Below are positions 46,378 to 54,932 of a stretch of 64,000 nt of DNA, piece by piece. This stretch comes from Oscillospiraceae bacterium (GTDB lineage: Bacteria; Bacillota; Clostridia; Oscillospirales; Oscillospiraceae). Position 1 is the stretch's first letter. Each line of letters opens with the position of its first letter. The position numbers and the translations under genes are program-made. The DNA is taken from the NCBI GenBank assembly GCA_022804995.1, contig JAAWUC010000002.1, positions 464-64,463 of the forward strand. The letters run 5' to 3'. Below the pieces are notes generated by a model that saw only the letters and a program-made list of their open reading frames with translations, ran no database searches and was not told the origin of the DNA.

Positions 46378-46404
46378 TGTTATCTCAAATTTAGAGGAAA
46401 GTCC

Positions 46405-46851
46405 ATGAAACTGAAGATCAAAGCATTATCCGATAAAATCGGAAAGGAGATCCCCCTCCCCTACTACGCAACCCAGGGCGCGGCGGCGCTGGATCTCCAC
46501 GCCTGTCTGGATGAGCCTATGACCATTCCGGCCGGCGGACAGGCCATGGTGCCCACCGGCATTGCCGCGGCCATTCCCACCGGCTATGTGGGCATTATGG
46601 CGGTCCGCAGCAGTATGGGCGTTAAACATGGCATAACCCTCACCAACGGCATCGGCGTCATCGACAGCGACTACCGGGGCCCGCTGGGCGTAGCCCTGCA
46701 TAACTTCCGTGAGGAGCCCTATACCATAGAACCTGGGGACCGGATTGCTCAGCTGATGGTGGTCCCCGTGGTTCGGGAGAACATTGAGGTTGTGGAGGAG
46801 CTGCCGCCCACGGAACGGGGTCAGGGCGGCTTTGGCTCCACGGGGAGGTAG
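46405..46851 (+). CDS. dut: dUTP diphosphatase
   Basis: AAALDLHA, VRSSMG and GVIDSDYRG motifs, with a C-terminal GGFGSTG. Confidence 0.9.
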   Translation: MKLKIKALSDKIGKEIPLPYYATQGAAALDLHACLDEPMTIPAGGQAMVPTGIAAAIPTGYVGIMAVRSSMGVKHGITLTNGIGVIDSDYRGPLGVALHNFREEPYTIEPGDRIAQLMVVPVVRENIEVVEELPPTERGQGGFGSTGR

Positions 46852-46855
46852 GCAG

Positions 46856-47446
46856 ATGCTCCGGATTATTTTAGCCTCCCAGTCCCCCCGGCGGCGGCAG
46901 CTGCTGGAGCAGATTGGGCTGGAACATTTTGAGGTTCTGGCGGCGGACGCGGACGAGACCTACGACCCGTCCCTCCCGCCGGAGAAGATCGTGGCCTCCA
47001 TCAGCCGCCAGAAGGCGGAGGCGGTCCGCCCTCTGGCGGAGGGCGCCCTGATCATCACGGCGGACACTATGGTTTTCATGGACGGCCTGCGCCTGGGTAA
47101 GCCCAGGAGCCAGGAGGAGGCCCGGGAGATGCTCTCCGCCCTCTCCGGCCGGACCCACCACGTCTGTACCGGAGTCACCGTCTGTCTGGGTTCCCGGGTG
47201 ATCACGGAGGCGGAGACAACAGACGTCACCTTCCGTCCCCTCACCGGCTGGGAGATCGCCAGCTATGTACGCACCGGCGAGCCCATGGACAAGGCGGGAT
47301 CCTACGGCGTCCAGGGTTTAGGCGCTCTCTTCGTGGAGCGTATCGACGGCGACTATTTCAACGTCATGGGCCTCCCCCTCTGCCGCCTGGGCAGGATGCT
47401 GGGGAAATTCGGCGTTGACCTGTTTCTCCAGGAGGAAGACCAGTGA
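46856..47446 (+). CDS. maf: Maf-like nucleoside triphosphate pyrophosphatase
   Basis: Start moved to the ATG at 46856. ILASQSPRRRQLLEQIG, DTMVF and KAGSYGVQG. Confidence 0.9.
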   Translation: MLRIILASQSPRRRQLLEQIGLEHFEVLAADADETYDPSLPPEKIVASISRQKAEAVRPLAEGALIITADTMVFMDGLRLGKPRSQEEAREMLSALSGRTHHVCTGVTVCLGSRVITEAETTDVTFRPLTGWEIASYVRTGEPMDKAGSYGVQGLGALFVERIDGDYFNVMGLPLCRLGRMLGKFGVDLFLQEEDQ

Positions 47447-48282
47447 AGCGATTTTTCACCAAGTACGGCATGACCGTGCTGGCCTTGGCTGCCGCCATTG
47501 CCGTAATTCTCAGCGTGATGACCTACTTCTCCTCCACCGCCGCCGTCCTGCCCAATCTGGCGGGCATCGTCGCCGCTCCCTTCCGGAACGTCGGCGCCTG
47601 CGTCACGGAAAAGGTGAACGATTGGCTTGACTACCTGACCAATTACGACGCACTGAAGGCGGAAAACGAAGCCCTCAAGCTCCGGATTGCCCAGATGGAG
47701 GAGGAGAACCGGCAGGCGAAATATGACCGGGAGGAGAACGCCCGTCTGCGGGAGCTGATGGAGCTCCAGGAGCAGCGCCGGGATTTGAAATTCGCCTCCG
47801 CCCGGGTGGTGGAGTTGGACTACTCTAACTGGGCCAGCATGCTGACCATCAATAAGGGCGTCGGCCAGGATGTGAACGTGGGGGACTGTGTCATCACGGA
47901 GACCGGCTGTCTGGTGGGTGTGGTGACGGAGGCGGGACACAACTGGTCCACCGTCCGCACCATCCTGGACAGCGATACCTCCATCGGGGCCCTGGTGTTC
48001 CGCAGCGGCGTCAGCGCCGTGGCTCAGGGGGAGTTCTCCCTGATGAGCGAGGACCGTCTCCGTCTGGCCTACCTGGGCACCGATCCGGACGTGGTGTCCG
48101 GAGATCTGGTAGTGACGTCCGGTCTTGCGGGCTACTACCCCTCCCAGCTGGTCATCGGCTATGTGGAGGAGCTGACCGCCGGCGACGACGGCATGGACCA
48201 GTACGCCATCATCGACCCCAGTGTGGACCTGGAGGGCCTGACGGAGGTCTTCGTGGTCACAAGCTTTGATATCGTGGAGTAA
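47443..48282 (+). CDS. mreC: rod shape-determining protein MreC
   Basis: N-terminal TM helix, coiled coil LKAENEALKLRIAQMEEEN, and a beta-rich C-terminal domain. 4 nt overlap with maf. Confidence 0.85.
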   Translation: MKRFFTKYGMTVLALAAAIAVILSVMTYFSSTAAVLPNLAGIVAAPFRNVGACVTEKVNDWLDYLTNYDALKAENEALKLRIAQMEEENRQAKYDREENARLRELMELQEQRRDLKFASARVVELDYSNWASMLTINKGVGQDVNVGDCVITETGCLVGVVTEAGHNWSTVRTILDSDTSIGALVFRSGVSAVAQGEFSLMSEDRLRLAYLGTDPDVVSGDLVVTSGLAGYYPSQLVIGYVEELTAGDDGMDQYAIIDPSVDLEGLTEVFVVTSFDIVE

Positions 48283-48286
48283 CCGT

Positions 48287-48799
48287 ATGCTGCCAAAAAG
48301 CTATATCGTCCTTAAATGGACCGTCTACGCCCTGGCCACTTTTCTCTTCTTTGTCCTCCAGTACCTGGTGCTGGGGCAGATTCGGGTGCTGGGGCTGACG
48401 CCCTTTCTGTACCCCATTCTGCCGGCGGTGGTGGCCTCCTACGAGGGCCCCCGCCGGGGCGCTGTTTTTGCCCTGATCCTGGGCCTGATCTGTGACCAGC
48501 TGGTGGTGGGACCCTTCGAGGGCTTCTATACCCTGATATTCACCTTTATTGCCCTCCTCTCCGCCCTCATCGGGGAAAATCTTCTCTCCCCCGGCTTTCT
48601 CTGCGCGCTGACAGTCTCCGCTCTGGCTATGCTGCTGACCAACGGAGGCCGTATTTTGGTGGAGCTGCTGACGGGCAACACCCATCTGATGCTCATGGGC
48701 CGCATTGCCCTGGGCGAAACCCTGATCACTCTTCCGGCCCTGCTGGTGGTTCTGCCCCTGTACCGGGTGATCCACCTGCGGTGCGCCTCGGACTACTGA
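48287..48799 (+). CDS. mreD: rod shape-determining protein MreD
   Basis: Small polytopic membrane protein directly after mreC. The start is uncertain (48266 or 48287). Confidence 0.7.
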   Translation: MLPKSYIVLKWTVYALATFLFFVLQYLVLGQIRVLGLTPFLYPILPAVVASYEGPRRGAVFALILGLICDQLVVGPFEGFYTLIFTFIALLSALIGENLLSPGFLCALTVSALAMLLTNGGRILVELLTGNTHLMLMGRIALGETLITLPALLVVLPLYRVIHLRCASDY

Positions 48800-48821
48800 T
48801 TTGCCATAAAGGAGGCCCCCT

Positions 48822-51029
48822 TTGGAAGATACCAAGCGATTTCACCGCCGTCTGCGTTTTCTGCTGATGGTGTTCGTCCTGACCATGCTCTCCTTCACCG
48901 GACTTCTGTATCAGGCCCAGGTGGTTCACTACGAGGACTATCTCAGCCGATCCACTACCCAGGTAGCCCATGAGGAGACTGTGGAGACCTCCCGGGGCAT
49001 CATCACCGACCGGAACGGGAAGGTCCTGGTGTCCAACCAGCAGATCTATACCATCTCCTTCGACCCCTCCAAGGTCTCTTCGGATCCGGACCCGGAGATC
49101 TCCCATAAGCGGAGCGTGAGCCGGGCGGTGCTCCGGCTGGTTCGGCTGTGTCGGGATTACGGCGTGGCCTGGGAGGACAATCTCCCCATTACCTCCGCTC
49201 CTCCCTTCGCCTACACCACCTCTCAGGTTGGGGATACCCAGAGATCCCGGTTCCAGAAGTATTTGGCGGACCGGGAATGGTCGGAGAACGAGCTGACGGC
49301 GGAGTCCCTGTACCCTGCGGCTGTCCCCACCCTCCGCCGGGAGCTGAACCTCCCCAATAAGGTCATCCCCGCCTCGGAGCTGTTGGAGCTGATGCGGGAG
49401 GACTTCGACCTGGATGAGAACCTGTCCGATGAGGAGGCCCGCCAGGTGCTGGGGGTCCTCTACGAGCTGGAGCTCCGGAAGCTGGTAAATATCGACAGCT
49501 ATGTCTTCGCCCGGGATATCTCCGTGGAGCTCATTTCTATCCTCAACGACGGCGGCTTTGAGGGCGCCATTGTTGGCCGGGAGTCCAGTCGGGTCTATAA
49601 CACCGACTACGCTGCCCACATCCTTGGCCGTGTGGGCAAATTCCACGGGACCGAGGAGCGGGACGCCCTCAACGCCCCCTATAACGCGGCCCGGGAGGCC
49701 GGCGAGGACACCTCCGGCCTCCGCTACTACCAGATGGACGACGTGGTGGGCCGGGACGGGGTGGAGCAGGCCTTTGAGTCCTATCTCTGCGGCCTGGACG
49801 GGAGCCGTCTGATCTATACCAACGAGGAGGGTAAGATCACCGGTGAGGTCTACGCCCAGGACCCGGAGCCCGGCAAGACCGTGGCCCTCACCATCGACAT
49901 TGACTATCAGGCCGCGGTGGAGCAGGCCTTGGAACAGGCCGTCCTCTCCATGAACGAGGCTGACGGTCTGGAGACGCGGGGAGCTGCTGCTGCGGTGGTA
50001 TCGGTGCAGGATTCTGAGGTGCTGGCATTGGCTACCTACCCCACTTACAGCCAGCGGACCTACCAGGAGGACTTTTCCGCCAACAACGAGAACCCAGGCC
50101 ATCCATTTGTTAACCGGGCTCTGGATGGGGCTTACGCCCCTGGATCTACCCTCAAGCCGGCCACGGCGGTGGCGGGACTGGAGAACGAAGTCATCACCCC
50201 TACCTCCACCATCCGCACCATGGGCCGGTATATGTACTACTATATCCCCAACTCCGCCGCCAGCTACACCCCTGCCTGCTGGCTCTATAACCAGTCCGGC
50301 GGCAACCATGGGAGCATCAATGTCTCTCAGGCTATCTACCACTCCTGCAACTATTTCTTCTATGAGGTGGGCCGTCTGGTGGGCATCAGCGCTCTGGACG
50401 AGTGCTATGCCGGCTTCGGCCTGGGCCAGCCCACGGGCATCGAGCTGCCGGAGAGCACCGGCACCCTGGCCGGTCCGGCCTACTCCGCCACGCAGGGCCA
50501 ACCCTGGTATGACGGCAATACCCTTCAGGCGGCTATCGGCCAGTCAGACAATACCTTCACGCCCCTCCAGCTGGCCAATTATGTAGCTACCCTGGTCCGT
50601 GGCGGGGACCGCTACGCCGCCCATCTGCTGAAGTCCGTTCGCTCCTACGACGATCGGGAGGTCCTCTATACCTACGAGCCTGAGGTTCTCTCCACAGTAG
50701 AGATGAGCGAGGGCACCCTGGACGCTGTGAAGAAGGGTATGGGGGATCTGGCTACCAAGAACGCCAGCGTGGCCCGGTACTTCAACAACTGTGTCGTCAC
50801 CGCCGGAGCTAAAACCGGCAGCGCCCAAACCGGCGTGGTCAACGTAACCAACGGTGTCTTTGTCTGTTTTGCCCCCTTTGATGAGCCGGAGATCGCCGTG
50901 GCGGTGGTCATTGAGAAGGGCGGCAGCGGCGCGGCCCTGGCCTCCACGGCTGTGGAAATTGTCAACGCCTATTTTGCCGGCGGCGATATGGGCGCGGTCC
51001 TCCTCCCGGAGGGGAGCCTGATCCCCTGA
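48822..51029 (+). CDS. mrdA: penicillin-binding protein 2 (class B transpeptidase)
   Basis: TTG start after AAGGAGG. SxxK (GSTLKP), SxN (HSCN) and KTG (AKTGSA) motifs. Located downstream of mreCD. Confidence 0.85.
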   Translation: MEDTKRFHRRLRFLLMVFVLTMLSFTGLLYQAQVVHYEDYLSRSTTQVAHEETVETSRGIITDRNGKVLVSNQQIYTISFDPSKVSSDPDPEISHKRSVSRAVLRLVRLCRDYGVAWEDNLPITSAPPFAYTTSQVGDTQRSRFQKYLADREWSENELTAESLYPAAVPTLRRELNLPNKVIPASELLELMREDFDLDENLSDEEARQVLGVLYELELRKLVNIDSYVFARDISVELISILNDGGFEGAIVGRESSRVYNTDYAAHILGRVGKFHGTEERDALNAPYNAAREAGEDTSGLRYYQMDDVVGRDGVEQAFESYLCGLDGSRLIYTNEEGKITGEVYAQDPEPGKTVALTIDIDYQAAVEQALEQAVLSMNEADGLETRGAAAAVVSVQDSEVLALATYPTYSQRTYQEDFSANNENPGHPFVNRALDGAYAPGSTLKPATAVAGLENEVITPTSTIRTMGRYMYYYIPNSAASYTPACWLYNQSGGNHGSINVSQAIYHSCNYFFYEVGRLVGISALDECYAGFGLGQPTGIELPESTGTLAGPAYSATQGQPWYDGNTLQAAIGQSDNTFTPLQLANYVATLVRGGDRYAAHLLKSVRSYDDREVLYTYEPEVLSTVEMSEGTLDAVKKGMGDLATKNASVARYFNNCVVTAGAKTGSAQTGVVNVTNGVFVCFAPFDEPEIAVAVVIEKGGSGAALASTAVEIVNAYFAGGDMGAVLLPEGSLIP

Positions 51030-51031
51030 TA

Positions 51032-51047
51032 TGTTTCACGTGAAACA
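51032..51047. other. parS centromere-like site 1
   Basis: TGTTTCACGTGAAACA is a perfect 16 bp palindrome matching the Firmicutes parS consensus tGTTNCACGTGAAACa. It lies 3 nt after the PBP2 stop. Confidence 0.9.
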
Positions 51048-51085
51048 TTGCCCGTCCACTACACAATGAAGGAGAGCCCCTGTCT

Positions 51086-52936
51086 ATGGATATCCCCGTC
51101 TTTGATTCCCGGAGCGAGCTCTATAAAACCCCCTACGGCGCTGTCCCCTGCGGCACAAGGATCGACCTAACCCTCCGCCCCCTCAAGGCGGAGGGCTTTA
51201 CTGCCTGCACTCTAGTAATTTACCAGGAATTTGCGGGCCGGCGGCTGGAGCTTCCCCTTTCCCCCGCCGGAGAGTGGGAGGACCGGTCCCTCTTCACTGT
51301 CTCCTACACCGCCCCCGAGGAGCCGGAGTTGATCTGGTACAGCTTCCGCTTCACCCGGTCCGACGGCCAGCAGATCTCTCTGGACAAAAACGAGGCCTCC
51401 TGGCAGCAGACGGTCTATGACAACTCCCTGTCTACGCCGGACTGGTTTGGCCGGGGCGTCACCTATCAGATCTTCCCGGATCGGTTCTGCCGCTCCCGCG
51501 TCCCTGACCCCACCGGTATGATCGGGGACCGCCGTGTCCATGAGAACTGGGAGGAGCTGATGGACTACCGGCCGGATGAAAAGGGCATTATCCACAACTG
51601 CGACTTCTTTGGCGGCAATCTGGCGGGTATCACCGGGAAGCTGGACTATCTTCAGAGTCTGGGCGTCTCCACTCTCTACCTCTGCCCCATTTTCGAGTCC
51701 GCCAGCAATCACCGCTACGATACCGGGGATTACGATAAGGTGGACCCCATGCTGGGGACGGAGGAGGACTTCCGGACACTCTGCCAGGAGGCGAAGAAGC
51801 GGAGGATCCGCGTTATGCTGGACGGCGTGTTCAACCACACCGGCAACAACAGCCGCTATTTCAACGCCCTGGGCCAGTACCCGTCCCTGGGCGCGGCCCA
51901 GAGCTGGGAGAGCCCCTATATCAACTGGTATACCTTTCAGGAGTGGCCCACCAAATATGACAGCTGGTGGGGGATCCACACCCTTCCGGCGGTAAACGAG
52001 AACGATCCGAACTATATTGACTTCATTGTGGAGGGCCAGTGTTCCGTAATCCGCCGATGGCTCCGGGCCGGGGCGGAGGCCTGGCGGCTGGATGTGGCCG
52101 ACGAGCTCCCCGACGAGTTTATCGCCCGGATCCGCCGGGTGATGATGGAGGAGAAACCGGAGAGCTTCCTTCTGGGGGAGGTCTGGGAGGACGGCAGCAA
52201 TAAGATCTCCTACGACAAGCGCCGGAGATACCTCCTGGGCCGGGAAACCCACGGCCTGATGAACTACCCCTTCCGGGTGGGGGCGATGGCCTACCTACAG
52301 GGCGGGGACGCAGCCTGCTTCCGGGAGGCCATGGAGAGTATCCGGGAGAACTATCCCCCCTCCGCCTTCTACAGCGCAATGAATATGCTGGGAACCCATG
52401 ACAATCCCCGTATCCTGACTATGCTGGGCAAGCCGCCGGAGACAGCCCCGGAGGATCGGGATCAGAGGGCGCACTACCGCCTGACCCAGGCGGAGCGGGA
52501 CCGGGGCCGGGCTCTGCTGATGGCGGGAGCGGTCCTGCTCTACGCGTTCCCCGGATCCCCTACGATTTTCTACGGCGATGAGGCCGGTATGGAGGGCTAC
52601 GAGGATCCCTTCAACCGGGGCACCTTTCCCTGGGGCCGGGAGGACCGGACCCTTCAGGACTGGTTTGTCAGGCTGGGCGCGCTCCGAAACGCCCGCCCCT
52701 CCCTCCAGGCCGGATCGCTCCGCTGGCTCCACGCCCAGGGCCGGGGGTTGGCCTTCCTCCGAGAGCTGGAAGGAGAGAGGACTGCCGCCCTCATCAACGC
52801 CGGAGATGAGCCACTGTCTCTGGAGATTCCCTGGGAGACAGAAGCTGTTGACGCGCTGAGCGGAGAGACCTTTGAGCCGGTGGAGGGGAGGCTGTACCTC
52901 CAGATGCCGCCGCTGTCGGCACGCCTGCTGGTTTGA
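51086..52936 (+). CDS. GH13 alpha-glucan-active glycoside hydrolase (neopullulanase/cyclomaltodextrinase-like)
   Basis: GH13 conserved regions DGVFNHTG, GAEAWRLDVADE, GEVWED and LGTHDNPR, plus an N-terminal E-set-like domain. No signal peptide. Confidence 0.85.
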   Translation: MDIPVFDSRSELYKTPYGAVPCGTRIDLTLRPLKAEGFTACTLVIYQEFAGRRLELPLSPAGEWEDRSLFTVSYTAPEEPELIWYSFRFTRSDGQQISLDKNEASWQQTVYDNSLSTPDWFGRGVTYQIFPDRFCRSRVPDPTGMIGDRRVHENWEELMDYRPDEKGIIHNCDFFGGNLAGITGKLDYLQSLGVSTLYLCPIFESASNHRYDTGDYDKVDPMLGTEEDFRTLCQEAKKRRIRVMLDGVFNHTGNNSRYFNALGQYPSLGAAQSWESPYINWYTFQEWPTKYDSWWGIHTLPAVNENDPNYIDFIVEGQCSVIRRWLRAGAEAWRLDVADELPDEFIARIRRVMMEEKPESFLLGEVWEDGSNKISYDKRRRYLLGRETHGLMNYPFRVGAMAYLQGGDAACFREAMESIRENYPPSAFYSAMNMLGTHDNPRILTMLGKPPETAPEDRDQRAHYRLTQAERDRGRALLMAGAVLLYAFPGSPTIFYGDEAGMEGYEDPFNRGTFPWGREDRTLQDWFVRLGALRNARPSLQAGSLRWLHAQGRGLAFLRELEGERTAALINAGDEPLSLEIPWETEAVDALSGETFEPVEGRLYLQMPPLSARLLV

Positions 52937-52945
52937 AAATTTCTT

Positions 52946-52961
52946 TGTTTCACGTGAAACA
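52946..52961. other. parS centromere-like site 2
   Basis: TGTTTCACGTGAAACA, 10 nt after the GH13 stop and about 85 bp upstream of the soj promoter. Confidence 0.9.
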
Positions 52962-53046
52962 TTTTGAAACGGAATACTCTGCCCGTCCCGGAGCGGTTCC
53001 GGGGCGGGATTTTTTTCTTCCCTGGACAAAATTTGCAAATTTCCTG

Positions 53047-53074
53047 TTGAAAAGTCTGGCTTTTGTGTTATACT
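53047..53074 (+). promoter_or_regulatory. candidate soj promoter (extended -10)
   Basis: TTGAAA (53047-53052), 16 nt spacer ending TGT, TATACT (53069-53074). Confidence 0.55.
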
Positions 53075-53128
53075 AATCTTGTATGCTCAAATACTGGGCC
53101 GGTAGGCCCTGTTGTGGGAGGCGCTGTT

Positions 53129-53884
53129 TTGGGTAAGATTGTTGCGATTGTCAATCAGAAGGGCGGCGTGGGGAAAACCACCACCTGCGTCAGTCTGACC
53201 GCCGCGCTGCGGGAGAAGGGGAAACGGGTGCTGCTTTGCGACTTCGACCCCCAGGCCAACGCCACCTCCGGCATGGGCGTGGACAAGAGCCTGACCCAGG
53301 GCGTGTATGATGTGCTGATCAACGGTGTGGAGCCGTCCAAGCGGGTGGTTTCCACCCGGTATGGGGACGTACTCCCCTCCTGCAAATCCCTGGCGGGAGC
53401 CGGTATTGAGATGATTGGAATGGAGGGCCGGGAGCACCTGCTGCGGAAAGCGCTGGAGGCGCTGGCCCCCAGCTACGACTACATATTCATCGACTGCCCG
53501 CCGTCTCTGGAGCTGTTGACTCTGAATGGACTCTGCGCGGCGGACAGCGCCATGGTCCCAGTCCAGGGGGAATATTTCGCGCTGGAGGGCCTCAGCGACC
53601 TGATGAATACTATCCGCATTGTAAAGCGGAACTTCAACCCGAACCTGGAGCTGGAGGGGGTTCTCCTGACCATGTTTGACAGCCGGACCAATCTGGCGGT
53701 CCAGGTGGCGGAGGAGGTCAAGCGCTACTTCCCCGGCAAGGTCTACGCCACCGTGGTCCCGCGGAATGTCCGTCTCAGCGAGGCTCCCAGCCATGGCAAG
53801 CCCATCAGCGCCTACGACCGGGCATCTCGGGGCAGCGAAGCCTACGCCTCCCTTGCGGAGGAGTTCCTCCGCAAGAGCGTCTAG
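53129..53884 (+). CDS. soj: chromosome partitioning ATPase ParA/Soj
   Basis: The TTG at 53129 is 7 nt after GGGAGG. Deviant Walker A NQKGGVGKTTT, and IFIDCPPSL. Confidence 0.9.
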   Translation: MGKIVAIVNQKGGVGKTTTCVSLTAALREKGKRVLLCDFDPQANATSGMGVDKSLTQGVYDVLINGVEPSKRVVSTRYGDVLPSCKSLAGAGIEMIGMEGREHLLRKALEALAPSYDYIFIDCPPSLELLTLNGLCAADSAMVPVQGEYFALEGLSDLMNTIRIVKRNFNPNLELEGVLLTMFDSRTNLAVQVAEEVKRYFPGKVYATVVPRNVRLSEAPSHGKPISAYDRASRGSEAYASLAEEFLRKSV

Positions 53885-53890
53885 GTCTGC

Positions 53891-53916
53891 ATACTTTTCT
53901 TTGAAAAGAAAAGTAT
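53891..53916. repeat. AT-rich palindrome P1 (12 bp arms)
   Basis: ATACTTTTCTTT-GA-AAAGAAAAGTAT, 7 nt after the soj stop. Confidence 0.85.
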
Positions 53917-53970
53917 CAAAAGAAACTTTTGTTGTAAAAGCTTAATATGCGCCAATAAAGTTCTTTTTTG

Positions 53971-53998
53971 ATTCTTTTTTCTTTCAAGAAAAAAGAAT
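53971..53998. repeat. AT-rich palindrome P2 (12 bp arms)
   Basis: ATTCTTTTTTCT-TTCA-AGAAAAAAGAAT, ending 23 nt before the parB ATG. Confidence 0.85.
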
Positions 53999-54020
53999 GA
54001 ACAACCAGAAAGGAGCCCCC

Positions 54021-54893
54021 ATGGCAAATAAAAGCAGCGGCCTGGGCAAGGGCCTGGGCGCCCTGTTGGGCGACAATTTTTCAATGGAACCGGCGGGCGG
54101 GCCCTCTGCTCTGCCTATCTCCCAGGTGGAGAGCTGCGCTGCCCAGCCGAGAAAAAATTTCGATCAGGACAAGCTGGAGGAGCTGGCCGAGAGCATCCGT
54201 CAGCACGGCGTGATCCAGCCCCTGACCGTGCGGAAGCTAGCCAGCGGATACTACCAGATCATCGCCGGAGAGCGCCGCTGGCGCGCTGCACGGCTGGCCG
54301 GGCTGGAGGAGATCCCTGCGGTCATTATTGAGGCCGACGACCGGAAGGCCATGGAGCTGGCCATGATTGAGAACCTCCAGCGGGAGGATTTGAACCCCAT
54401 TGAGGAGGCCGAGGGCTTTCGGGTTTTGGTCGAGGAGTACGGCCTCACCCAGGAGCAGGCCGCCCAGCGGGTGGGCAAGTCCCGCAGCGCTGTGGCAAAC
54501 GCGATGCGCCTGCTGGATTTGCACGTCTCCATTCGGAATCTGGTGGAGGATGGGCGGATCTCCGCCGGTCACGCCAGAGCGGTGCTGCCCCTCTCCCCTC
54601 CCCTGCGGGTGGAGGCGGTGAGAACCATTATCGACTCCGGTCTCAGCGTCCGGCAGACGGAGCAGCTGGTGAAAAAATTGCAGGCCAGAGCCCAGAATGA
54701 GGAGAAGCCGGAGCCTGCGAAAAAGGCGGAGACGGAAGTGGACTACGTGGCGGAGGCGGAGCGCTCCCTCTCCGCACGGCTGGGCCGGGCCTGCCATATC
54801 TCCCGCGGGAAGAAAAAGGGCAAGGTCGAGATTGAATATTACGGCGTGGACGATCTGAACGATCTGTTGGAGGCGCTGGAGAGATTACAGTAG
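54021..54893 (+). CDS. spo0J: chromosome partitioning protein ParB/Spo0J
   Basis: Start moved to the ATG at 54021 (RBS AAAGGAG). GLGKGLGALLG, IQPLTVRK and the ParB box AGERRWRAARLAG, plus an HTH (TQEQAAQRVGKSRSAVANAMRLL). Confidence 0.9.
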   Translation: MANKSSGLGKGLGALLGDNFSMEPAGGPSALPISQVESCAAQPRKNFDQDKLEELAESIRQHGVIQPLTVRKLASGYYQIIAGERRWRAARLAGLEEIPAVIIEADDRKAMELAMIENLQREDLNPIEEAEGFRVLVEEYGLTQEQAAQRVGKSRSAVANAMRLLDLHVSIRNLVEDGRISAGHARAVLPLSPPLRVEAVRTIIDSGLSVRQTEQLVKKLQARAQNEEKPEPAKKAETEVDYVAEAERSLSARLGRACHISRGKKKGKVEIEYYGVDDLNDLLEALERLQ

Positions 54894-54898
54894 GGATG

Positions 54899-54914
54899 TG
54901 TTTCACGTGAAACA
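54899..54914. other. parS centromere-like site 3
   Basis: TGTTTCACGTGAAACA, 6 nt after the parB stop and 18 nt before the serS ATG. Confidence 0.9.
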
Positions 54915-54932
54915 CTCGATAAGGAGAGACGT

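Noticed and set aside
46394-46404. GAGGAAAGTCC, identical to the universally conserved RNase P RNA P4 motif.
   Set aside because: It is immediately followed by the dut ATG and serves as its RBS region. No other RNase P RNA elements or space for a ~400 nt RNA are present.
53997-54020. The ATG at 53997 as the parB start (MNNQKGAP...), as given by the ORF track.
   Set aside because: The ATGAACAACC is part of the conserved non-coding element that also occurs upstream of the minD-like gene, where it is out of frame. The ATG at 54021 has a proper AAAGGAG RBS and gives the canonical MANKSSGLGKGLGALLG N-terminus.
53881-54084. 67-aa minus-strand ORF across the soj-spo0J spacer, and the analogous 57746-57934 ORF.
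   Set aside because: They are artefacts of the palindromic AT-rich elements. They have Phe/Lys-rich low-complexity translations, no RBS, and they overlap the parB and minD-like starts.
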